NCBI GenBank assembly: GCA_951406725.2
Contig: OX597842.1
Coordinates: forward strand, 28,954,001-29,018,000
Length of the DNA stretch: 64,000 bases
Direction: 5' to 3'
DNA from: Octopus vulgaris
Lineage: Eukaryota
A program made the position numbers and the translations under genes. Positions 26,301 to 39,000 of this stretch are shown piece after piece; positions within the stretch are counted from its first letter, which is position 1; each line of letters begins with the position of its first letter. The notes beneath the pieces were generated by a model. That model was not told where the DNA came from. It searched no databases and saw only the letters and a list, made by a program, of their open reading frames with translations.

Positions 26301-29300
26301 CATGCACAATTTTTTAGACTTAATAGGCAACACTCTCACTCTTTCCCTCTCACTCTTCACTTTACCCTCTTTTTCTCTCTCCCTTTTCTATTGCTCTTTG
26401 CGTTTACCCTTTAAATAATGTGGAAACGTTACAGAAGAGCTAAGGGGAAAAAATTTACACATGCCACTCCTGGCCACCATCTCTCCCTCGCCCATCCCTC
26501 CATTATGGATGGGCTAAGTAATGGAGAAGCAAGCAGAATTATAAGATTTCAAACCGTTTATTATTATCTAAAATTTGAAAATTCGATGGCATTTTATTTG
26601 TCTGTACTTTTCAAATTCCACTGAGGTCGACTTTGCTTTTCATCCTTTCGGGCTTGATAAAATAAGCACCAGTTGAGGGGTCAATGTAATAGACTTACCC
26701 TGTCTCTTGAAATTGCTGGCCATGTACCAGAATTTGAAACCTATAAATGCGTGTGTATCATCATCATCATCATCATTTAACGTCTGCTTTCCATGCTGGC
26801 ATGAGTAAGATGGTTTGACTGGAACTGGTAAAGCTGAGGGCTGCTGCCCCAGGCTCCAATCTGTTTTGGCTTGCTTTCTACGGCTGCTGGACGCCCTTCC
26901 TAATGTCAACCACCTGACGGAGTGTCATGTGAAAGGTACCCTGTACACTCAGTAAAGTATGTAGTGTTAGCAAAGGTATCTATGTGTAGAGACTCTGCCA
27001 AAGCAAAGTAGTCTGCTGCCTCTTCTGTCCATACCATCCAAGACATGCCAGAATGGCAAATAGACATTAAATGGTTATGATGATGATGGTTAGTTAGTTA
27101 GTTAGTTAATTATTTGGCTCAAAAAGCAAAAAGCAAGGCCATGTAGGGAGACATGGAGTTAAGTACAGGGTGGTGTTCATGTAAAGAGTTCAGGCCACTT
27201 GAGGTCCAGGGAGGCTTTGAACAAAGCGGTCGTCGGCATCTTCACCATCTCGTCTGGCAGCTTGTTCCACGGATCCGCAACCCGGACGGAGAAAGCCCCT
27301 CTCCTTCGATTGAGATGAAATCGTCGCAGATAGAGCTTTTCGGAATGACCCCGCAGCCGACGCTCTGGAGCAGGAGTGAAGAACAGCTCTTTCGAGAGGT
27401 TACACTTTCCGCTTATGATGTTGTGAGCAAGAATGAGATCACCATGGTGTCGGCGTTTTTCTAGAGAATAAAGGTCGAGTATCTTCAGCCTTTCTTCATA
27501 AGACAAATTCTTGAGACCAAGATGGTGATATATACCAATTAAATTTTTTTTTAAAAACTAAAAAGACAACTTTTTATATCATTTCAGATCAAGGAAATTG
27601 CCAAAGATTTGTTTTTGGAGGTCATTGCAACATTTGCAAGAGAAATCTCGCAGGAATTTTACCAAAAATCTGAGCAGCTTGGAGATGTTGCTTCTGATGT
27701 CCAGCGAAGTATTAGTGATGATGTTGTGAACAGAGAGATGCGGTAATTGGCATTTATTATCATCAACATTTAATGTCCATTTTCCATGCTGGCATGGATC
27801 GGACGGTTTGACAGGAAGTGGCTGGGCCAGAGGCAGTGTCAGGTTTCCATAGTCTGATTTGGCAGGGTTTCTATGGTTGGATGCCCTTCCTAGTGCCAGT
27901 CTCTTTACAGAGTGCATTAAATGCTTTTTATGTGATACCATCTCTAGTATTTTTTACGTGGCCCCCAGCACCCACACTATGGTTCTTTAGTTTTAGGATC
28001 TCAATTCTGTTGTGGTGGGCAGGTTAGTTATTTCCCTTACAAACTATTTCCCATAGTTATTTCCCTTACAAACCCGAGCAACGCCAGGCGATACTGCTAG
28101 TATCTAATAGTTATTTTTTTATTTTTCCTTTTGTACTTCTAACCTCTCATCTCTTCTCTACCTTGTTCTTGCAGTGTTATCGCGCAGGAGGTGCACACTG
28201 AGTCTACTGCTAATGGGGCAGCAATGCATGCAGCTGGAGCAGATTTCCAATTTGAAAAACGTCAAGAACAACTAGAAGAAGATGATGAAGAAGAGAGACT
28301 GCGGAGGCTTCTTCAAGCGAAGACAGAGGAGCTGGCAAGTTTGAGTCAGGAAGATGGAGGCGAATTGAGAGAAATAGAAGAAGAGGAAGAATTTGATGAA
28401 GCCAAGTTATTGAAGGATGATGAGGAGGAGGAAGAAGAGGAAGGGCAGCAGGCTGAGGTGGAGGAGGAGGAGAAACAAGAGAGGCAGGAACAGATTGCAG
28501 AGATATTGTCAATGCAGAAGAAGATTGATAGGCCTTTTATGAAGCAGCGGGAGCTGGAAGAGAGGTCCCAGAAGGAGGTGGAAAATGAAAGAAAGAAAGA
28601 GGAGGAGGAGGAGAAATATAAGAAGGCCATGGCTGAACGAATGCATGAACGAGAAAGAGCGATGAGAGCCAGAGCCATTGCAGAACATAAAGCAAAGAAG
28701 CAACAGGAAGAAGAGAAAACAGTGGCTCTGCTGAAAGTGAAACAAGAAGCAGAAGAGAAAGAAATGCGAGAAAGACTCAGAGCTAAGAAAGCTGCTGCAG
28801 AGAAAGAAGCGGAGGAAGAACAGAAGAGAGTGGCTGCAGAAAAGGAGCAGAGGAGAAAGAGTTTGGCAGAAGAGGTTACTGAACAGATGTTAGAGGAACT
28901 TGTATTGACTGAGGTTCATTCTGTGGTGAGCCAACAGATGAGGTGAGTAAACTGTACTTTTTTTTTCTCCACTTTTATTATTACAACTAATACCCCTAAT
29001 TTTCTCCTCATTAAACACCATTTAAAAATACTGGGGTAGATTTAATATAAAACATCCTTGATGTCAATGGAATTATAATAGAAGGCTGCTCTTGACTGAC
29101 CCCTCTCCTAATAATTCCTGGCCTTATACCCAATGTTGAAACTATATTTATTAGTAAAGGTAGAATCATTAGTATGTTTAGTGGTATTTTGTCCGTTGCT
29201 ATGTTCTCAGTTCAGATTTCTGCAAGTCCCAATGTTTTGAATTCAAATTCTGCCTAAGTCAACTTTGTTTTTCATCTTTTCGGGGTTGATGTAATCGCCT

Positions 29301-29984
29301 ATTCCCCTACCCCAAATTTCAGGCCTTGTGGTTCTATTAGAAAGGATTATTATTATGATTTCCTTTCATTATAACTTCATTTCAGCCTCCTTAGTACCGG
29401 GCACCCTCCTGGGGCCAAGAGTAGCAAGGGCACTTTTGTTATGCATGCTAAAATTATCACCACATTTATTCCATTCTAGATGGAGAGTGCTTTCCTTAGT
29501 CTATGGGCTGTACCCATCGAGGTTATCTTTTGTAGTTCATGGAGATTGGAGTTTCCACGGATGTGGTTAATATACTCCTCAGCTCCCTTTTTTATCATTC
29601 CCAACACACCAATGACCACATTTTTCTCATTTCAATTTCCAGATCTTTATAGTGAGAAATCTTTTCATATTCCTTTCTTGAGACATTTTCATCTTGTGAG
29701 ACAGACAAGTTCCTCTCCACTCCTCGATCACAATGTCTGGTTCATTGGAGTCAATTTTTCTGTCAGTTTGTATACTCTCTTTTACTTGTTTCAGTCATTT
29801 GACTGCGGCCATGCTGGAGCACCGCCTTTAGTCGAGCAAATCGAACCCAGGACTTATTCTTTTGTAAGCCCAGTACTTATTCTATTGGTCTCTTTTGCTG
29901 AACCGCTAAGTGACGAGGACGTAAACACACCAGCATCGGTTGTCAAGCAATGCTAGGGGGACAAACACAGACACACAAACATAT

Positions 29985-30021
<37 letters not shown>

Positions 30022-33000
30022 CATATATACGATAGGCTACTTTCAGTTTCCGTCTACCAAATCCACTCACAAGGCATTGGTCGGCCCAAGGCTTTAGCAG
30101 AAGACACTTGCCCAAATGCCACACAGTGGGACTGAACCCGGAACCATGTGGTTGGTTAGCAAGCTACTTACCACACAGCCACTCCTGTGCCTATATTGTA
30201 TGGTTTATTATTATTGTTGTTGTTGTTTTGTTATTAGTTTTTCTGTTATTCTAGTGACATTGAAAAGGAGCTCCATGATCGACTTGTGAAAGAATGTTGC
30301 CAGAGAGCAACAGAAGAAATCATGAATGAAGTGGTCAGTGAACTGTGCATGACGGAGGGCCATGCTTTCTATAGAAACGATATTGAGCTGCGCCTGGAGA
30401 CCCTGCGCAAGGCCGAGTATTGTGTGCGACTCTACAAGATGAATAAAATCCTGGAATGTTGGAAGCAGAGACAATTGCAGCGTCAACATGAGCGCGACAT
30501 GACAATGTTCCCTTCCTGGCCCTCACTGGCTCCGCTTGATAAGCAGCTGAAGACACTCTGTGGGAAGGAACATGAAGGTGTGGTAGTGGACACGCTGGTC
30601 ATGGGAATCAGCCGAATAGCTCACCTCTCCATGGAGACCCCCGTTGCCATTAACCGGCGGGATGACTATCTACCCTTGGCCCTAACTCTTTGTCACATGA
30701 GGCGTCACCTGATACAGCAGAAGGCTTGGTACCCACTTGATCTAGCAGCAACGGTAGGCCCAAGCCTTCTCAGCTCCAGCAGTTATGACACACAGATATG
30801 TTCAGGTAAGATTCTTCTACACTGTCCCTCGTTGGGTGGGGGGTGGAGTCAGTGTTATTGTTTAACTTCGTGTCAGCTCTGGTCAATCCAGATCTTACAA
30901 GGAAAGGCTTTCTACCTGTAACTAACCTGTATTTTCTTCTTTTTTTATTCAGTTTCTAGGGATATTATATTTGGAACTACAATATCTGCTGTGTGCTTTG
31001 TTAAGCTGGCACAGATGAGGTTTGAGGGAGATTTGGCTGCTATTTCTACCAGGTCTAGCTACCATGTAGAGGTCTCCCTCATTGGCTCATGCATACATAT
31101 ATACATAGATAAGGCAATAGGGTGTGATTTGAGGGAAAATTGGCTGGTGTCTCTGCAAGGTCTAGCTATCATGTAGAGGTCTCCTTAATTGGCTCATACA
31201 TATATATTGGGTCATCCCATAAACAATGCGTATTTTTTTATACTTCTTTTATTTTTCAGAATTAAAGTTCTTTTTTTAATCTAAAATATTCTCTCCTTCA
31301 TTTTCTGCAATACACTTCCATCTCTCTGGTAGACTTGCGAGGCCCCTCTTCCAAAATTCACTTGTCAGTAATGAAGAATACTCCTCCTCCGCTGCTAAGT
31401 GATCCCTGGCAAATATGGTGTGCGGGGCATTGTTTCCTATCCAAACTGGGGCCAAGCATTGTCCCGATGGAAGAAAACCTTTCGTCTTGAAGCCAAAAAT
31501 GATCGTTTTTCTTCAAGCGCTGACTGAAGCTGCTTGCAGTAGATCTCCTTTGTTATCATTTGGTTTTGTTTTAAAACTTCAAAGTGGACTAAGCCTTTCA
31601 TATCCCACCAAACAGATAACAGCACCTTATGTGGGTGAAGACCTACTTTAGCCTGGGGAGCCAATGTTTCTCCTTTCCCTACCCACTGTTTTCGACACTT
31701 GACATTTTTATAGAGAACCCATTTCTCGTCACCAGTCACTATTCAGTCCATGTGACAGCAAAGAAGGGCACACATTCACTCTCTGTCAGCAATTAGACTG
31801 GGAAAGTTGGTGAGGAACCCATTCACCCAATTTGCTAACTTTTCTGATGGCACTGTGCTGTTGATGAATGGTTGAACAATCCAAGCTTCTCTGCTAGTTC
31901 CTCAACAGTTACAATGGGATTTTGTTCCACCAGGGTTTGCAGGACATCCTCGTTGAGTTCTGTGGTTCTTCCATGACAAGGCTTGTCTTCTAGCCTGTAG
32001 TTTCCACTTTGGAATTTCTGGAACCACTGTCCACACTGGCTTACGCTGATTGTCTGATCTCCATATACTGCATTAACCCTTTCGTTACCAACCCGGCTGA
32101 AACCACTTCTGGCTCTGTAGTACAAATGTCTTGTTTTTAGAAGTCCTGAATTAAAATCTTCCACCAAACCTTAGTCACAATTTATGTTCCTAACACTAGC
32201 TTAATGACAACTAAGTTATTTCATGAAATTCTTTGTTATATTTAATGTAACTGAAAGAAACACAGAACCCCTCAAAATAAATTCAGTAACGAAAGGGTTA
32301 ATATTCCTCGCACTTTCCATTGCGTTGTTGCCTTTATTGAACTCATAAAGCAAAATATGTTGAATATGCTCCTTTGTCGATTCCATTATAGCTTTGACAA
32401 AAATAACTGTTAAAATTGAACTGCACTCTTCAAAACTTACACTACGAATAAGTATAGGATACAATTACTACCAGCTTTTATAACAAGTTCATGCAGGTAG
32501 TTTATCCCGTCCCCCCCTCCGACTTTTAGTTCATGCAGTTATTTATGGGATGACCCAGTATATACATATCTAAAACAGTAGGATGTGATTTGAAGGAGAA
32601 TTGGCTGCTATTTCTACCAGGTCTAGCTACTGTGTAGAGGTCTCTCATATTGGCTCCTACATCATCATCATCATCATCACCACCATTGTTTTATGTCCTC
32701 TTCCTACACTGGCATGGGTTGGACAGTTTAGCAGGGGCTGGCCAGGCTGGAGCCTGCTCCAGACTTCTGTTTCTGTTTTGGCAAGGTTTTTACAGCTGGC
32801 TGCCCTTCCAAACACCAACCACTTTACAGTGAGGATTGGATGCTTTTTGAGTGGCATTAGTACTGGCAGGGTCACCAAGTAATTTACAAGACAAAGGTCC
32901 TTTGTGAGGGGAGGAGGCTTTGATCTTGTGTCATATGATGAAAGGTTAGAGTGTGACAGAGAAACAGAGAGGCAGAAAAAGGTGTGTTGCTGTAGAGGGA

Positions 33001-36000
33001 GTACATGGTTACCTGGCCAAGGGAGAGATGGACTTCTTTCCGTTTCTACCTATCAGATCCACTCACAAATCCTTGGTTGGCTCTGGGCTATAGTAGAAGA
33101 AGCCTGCTAAAGATGCTATGGCGTGGAACTGAACCTGGAACCTTATGGTTGGGAAGCAAACTTCTTACCACACAGTTACACCTATTTCCTGATATTCATT
33201 TGTTATGTTTGTTGCTTGTTTTCAGGTCAAAACAGTGGCTCCCTCTACTGGAAGCTGTTAATGTCATTACCAGAACTTGATGAGCAACAGACAGACAATG
33301 CAACCATGTACAGTCTGGAGTTGAGTGACTGGCTTAAGGCTAAGTTGAGTAAAGGAGCAAAACCACAGCCTGATGTCGATAATGTAAGTCTGTCTAACCT
33401 GTTTTACATCAGTTTTTCTTGGTTGGCATGGGTTGGACAGGTACTTATTAGAGAGGCAGTATTTTATGACTAGGTGCCCTCTCTGTCACCAACCCTCGCT
33501 TGTTTTATCAACCTGGTCGATGCCCACCCTCTCACCCTGACTGGCTCCCATGCCAGTGGCATATAAAAAGCACCATCAAAATGTGGCCGATGTCAGCCTG
33601 GCCTCTGTGACGGTGGCATGTAAAAAGCACCCTCTACACTCTTGAAGTGGTTGGTGTTAGGAAGGGCATCCAGCTGTAGAAATACAGCCAGATCAGATTG
33701 GAGCCTGGTGTGGGCCCTGGGCTTGCCAGACCTTAGTCAAAGTGTCCAACCCATGCCAGCATGGAAAATGGATGTTGATGATGATAATGATTTGATTGAA
33801 TGCCACTCATCCATTTACAAGTAAGTTTATCTTTATAAATAATATACCCCTGAAATGGCCACAGGAAATTTAGTAAATATGGTTTCCTCTTTTTAACTAT
33901 AAGGCCTTCGATAAGTAATTTTATAAGATTTTCTAAACGATGAACCTTTATTTTATTTTACATTATATATTATATATTTTTATATGCTTCCTATATTTGT
34001 ATTTTTCTATATATTTTTATATACCTATATATATATTACTTTATACTATATTTTTACATTTTACCTTCTAGGTGTTGTAAGGGTTTTTAAAAAAAATATA
34101 TTTTTCTTAATCGCTAAAGTATAAACTTTTAACTGTGATAAACTGTATTCACATATATTCACACATTTTTTTCTCGCACTTTCTTGTACAGATGAATTAT
34201 ATTCCATCTTCCGTGATGTCTAAATGTATTTTCTATGATTAAATGTTCGAGTTATGAAATGTTATGTGGATGACCTTGCATTTGTCTGTTCTATAACTTT
34301 AGTTTGATATATATATACATACATACACACACACATACATCTCACACACATATGGGTTTCCTTACAGTTTCCGTCTGCCATTTCCACACACCACCACCAC
34401 AATCACCATCATCAGTCTGTTCCACCAATGTGAGATTCTGTCTTTTTCTGTTTCAGATGTCTATTCTGAGCCTTTACAAATGTCATCTTGAAGGGTCATC
34501 CATAGGTAGACAGCAAAGGGACACAATGTTACATTTCTGTCTTCGCGAGGTCACTGGGTCATTGACCCCTGACCTCATACAACACATTGAGAGTAAGAGA
34601 CTGTTTTGTGGCACAAGTGGGCTCCTTTTTGTGCTGCCCCTCTTGAGTAAAGATGATGATAAGGAGGTAAGTGAAGAAACACGTACATTTTTTTTATTTG
34701 TTTCACTCATTCGACTGCAGCCATGCTGGAGCACCACCTTGAAGGGTTTTAGCCAAACAGATCGACCTCAGGACATTTTATTTTTAAGCCCTTATTTAAC
34801 TGACCTATCCTACAACTACTGACCAAAGGGGTCACACCTAAATATGCACAGCTACTTACACATTTTTACACACATGAATAGTTTCTAAACAATAACACAA
34901 CCCCAAATCAATAGAATTTTCTCCTAAACACATTTCCCTAACAATCCACCCTGACACCCTAACTACACCTCCCCTCAAACCCACAGACCCAAGGAAGAGA
35001 TTATATAAAGCCAACATTGACTTCAGTGCATCACAGTCCAACAATGGCTTAAGTGATTGAAACTTCGGAGTCACTGTCAATAATAATCTGGTTGAAGAAT
35101 GATAAATATATATATGAGTGGATACCCCGAAAATAACTGGGAACATTCTCTGTGGGACAAACCCATTGTAGTTTAGGCTTCCACCACTAGAAACCACTTG
35201 ATGCAATCCTCAGGCATCAGTTTGCTGACTGGCATCCTCCTCTGCAGTCATACTGCCATCTGGTGCACTTTTGTTTTGCAGTGCTTCTCTCCCGTTTGTT
35301 GAGTTTTTGTGATAGTTAAATGAAAGGGACAGCTTGCTTCCACGAGACTCTGTTTTCTGCTGGGGAAAACGGTGACCAAACAGTTGTCATGCTTCAAACA
35401 GTTTACAAAAATGCTGCCATGAGCAAAACACAAGTTTACAAGTGGTTTCCACCTTTAGGAAGGGTCACTTGTTGCTTGAAGATCAACCTCATTCAAAAAG
35501 ACGGCAATCGACTCAACTGAAAACATGAAAATTCATTAACTGATCTTGGAGAACCGTTACCAAACAATTGACGAACTTATTGATAATGACTTGTGTGTAC
35601 TGGAGCTCCTGAAAAGAGTTGCAGCAAAATTTGTGCTTTTCCTGTTCACAGATCTAAAAACAGTGAAAACTGAATGCATTTTGTGAAGTGAAAGAAGAGC
35701 TAGAAGTCGATCCAAGCCTTTATCTGAAGGTTATCACTGGTGAGGGAAGCTGGTGCTACGGAACTTGTAGATGTGGAAGAAGTGAAGAAGAAGCGACAGG
35801 CGTTAAAAGCCACCACTTCACAAGAGTTCCAGCACTGTTTTGTATAGTGTCTGGACCAATGTATTTTTTCAAATGGAGAATACTTTGAAAGCAATAAAAG
35901 TGTAAACATGAAAAGCTAAGTGAATAAAATAATATTAGAAAATTCCAATTTCTTTTGGGTACCCCCTTGTATACATACATACATATATAAAAAGATCCCT

Positions 36001-39000
36001 ACACGTTTCAATCCGGCCACTAGGTGAACATTGCTTTGGATCATGATGATTCGAATCATGTTAGATGTAAAAGAACCTCACAGTATGTCTGGATTTCATT
36101 AGGGCGAATGTCTTACATATTGGTGGTAAATAACAAGAGAGATAAGGACCACCAGTATGCAAGAAATTTGCCCTGATGAAATTTGGACATACTACTGTGG
36201 GGGTTCTTTTACATCTGACATAGTTCACGTCATGATTATCCAAAGCAATGTTCACTTAGTGGCTGGATTAAAACATGTGTAGGCATCTTTTATGCTTATT
36301 TCTTACGTTGATTCTGTTCCTTTATATTTTATTTGATACAAATAAAATTAAATAAGTATCCACAATATTTCTTCTCCATTTTTTTATATTTACTTAACAC
36401 AATATCGGAAAGTTTATCCCTATACATTGCTGAACTTTCTCTCAATAAACTGGTAATGCCAGTTGATATCCAGATTTAAAAAATCCCTAATGAAGAAATT
36501 AAACCCTCAATTTTGACAGTATATATATATATAACCCCTTCACATTTATTTTCTCTTTCGTTTTTTTTTTTTCATTCTCTCTCCTTTTTTACCTCTTAAT
36601 CCTTTCTGTCAAAGAGCGTATGCTCAAAATGTAAAGGGCTTTTCCATTCTTCCCGAGTGTTAAACTAATACACTTGCTTGTTGTTCCTACACCTGTCTTT
36701 GTCTATTTGTTTTCTGTAAACTTCCAACCACACACACACACACACGCATTCACAAACACACACACATGCATTCACACACACACACACGCATTCACACACA
36801 CACACACGCATTCACACACACACACATGCATTCACACATTTGTCTCTATTTTTCTCTCTCATTCACAGAAGTACTGGCTCGATGCTCAAATCCGATTATC
36901 TACCCTGCTTCAGGCCAAGCCACAGCAACCCAGCCTCCCTGTTGCAGTTCTTGTGCCCCATGATGAAACTGAACCAGGCTCCCCTCCCAGTCTGGAGCAG
37001 CTACTGCTCAAGCTGGACCTGTCATGCTTAATTAATCAGGAGTTAGTCTCCAGCATCGAACTCTTCACTTTACCATTCCGGTGTCAGGAAGAGTCAGGCT
37101 TCGACGTGGAAACTGTTGCTGTGGAAACTATGGTAAGTATCTTCTTCAAGTCTCATCTTTTACTTTGTTTCAGTCATTAGACTGCGGCCATGCTGGAGCA
37201 CCGCCTTTAGTCCAACAAATCAATCCCCAGGACTTATTCTTTGGAAGCCCAGTACTTTTTCTATTGACCTCTTTTGTTGAAATGCTAAGTTACTGGGATG
37301 TAAACATACCAACATTGGCTGTCAAGTGATGGTAGGGGGACAAACACACACACACACACACACGATGGGCTTCTTTCAGTTTCCACCTACCAAATCCATA
37401 CTTAAGGCTTTGGTCAGCCTGAAGTTATAGTAGAAAGCACTTACCCAAGTTGCCACGCAGTGGGACTGAACCTGGAACCATGTGATTGGTTAGCAAGCTA
37501 CTTATCACACAGCCACGCCTTTGCCTATATATATATATATATATATGTCTAGTATCTGTTTACATATCAAACTGTTTACTAACAAATGACTGAGAAGATT
37601 AGTCATCATCATCATCATTGGCCTCCACCATTACCACTGCCCCCACCCCACCCCCACATATACCACCCCCACTGAACTGCTCTCCTACTCCCATGAAATA
37701 AAAAATAAACTCCATCTGTCTTGGGTTGATGAATTTCTTTCCCCCTTAAAAACGCAAAGTGAATGCAAAGAACCATGGCAACAGCAAGTAAGTTGCTATG
37801 GTAACGATGTGTGTGTGGTGGGGGGGACAGCGTTGGTGATCAAGTGTGCCTCTACTTGGTCGGTAGCTGGCATAGCAGTGTCCTTCTACCTGGTGCTGGA
37901 AAGAGCAGCTAAGTCTCCCTCTCGAAGGCTGGAAACATACATGACTGAACTGGGGATAAAATAACCATTATAGACACTCTTTTTACTCTTACTTGTTTCA
38001 GTCATTTGACTGCGGCCATGCTGGAGCACCGCCTTTAGTCGAGCAAATCGACCCCGGGACTTATTCTTTGTAAGCCCAGTACTTATTCTATCGGTCTCTT
38101 TTGCTGAACCGCTAAGTGACGGGGATGTAAACACACCAGCATCGGTTGTCAAGCAATGCTAGGGGGACAAACACAGACACACAAACATAGACACACACAC
38201 ATATATATAAATACATATATACGACAGGCTTCTTTCAGTTTCCGTCTACCAAATCCACTCACAAGGCATTGGTCGGCCCAGGGCTATAGCAGAAGACACT
38301 TGCCCAAGGTGCCACGCAGTGGGACTGAACCCGGAACCATGTGGTTGGTAAGCAAGCTACTTATCACACAGCCACTCCTGCGCCTAATACTAACTACTGT
38401 ACATTAGATAATGTAGTCCTAGATACACCATGCCTACCTCTGTTCCTTTGCAGCTCTCCAACTGTCTCAGGTGGTTGGCCACCCACCTCCCTTCTCAACC
38501 AAATCTGGACAAGAAATACCTGAAGGATTTTCTTGAGGACTTCCTCGCTTCTCAGTTTTATGGTCCTCTGCTGTATAACAGAGGACTGCGCTCTGCCGAG
38601 GGTTACCTGCAGCAGGTAAGGACTCTTCTTCATTTAGGGCCGTGTGTGGGCGTGACTGTGTATGTGTGTGCGTTTGTGGGAGTGATTTTGTGGGTGAAAA
38701 TGTGTGACTGTGATTGTATGTGTCTCTATGTATTTGTGTGAAACTGTCTCAGTGTGTATATATGCATCTAAGTTTGTGACTGTATGTGTGAATGCAGGTG
38801 TTATTCTGTGTGTGTGTGTGTTTGCCTATATCTATGTATGTGGCCTTTCAATTGTGTGTGTGTGTTGGTTAACATGTGTAGTTGTTTATGTGTGTCTATA
38901 TGTTAACGTGTGAACCAATTCACCTCAATATCTCTCTTTCTAGTTTTCTGTGAACGTTTCATCTAAGGCCTCTCTCTCTCTCTCTCTCCTCTCAGCCCCC

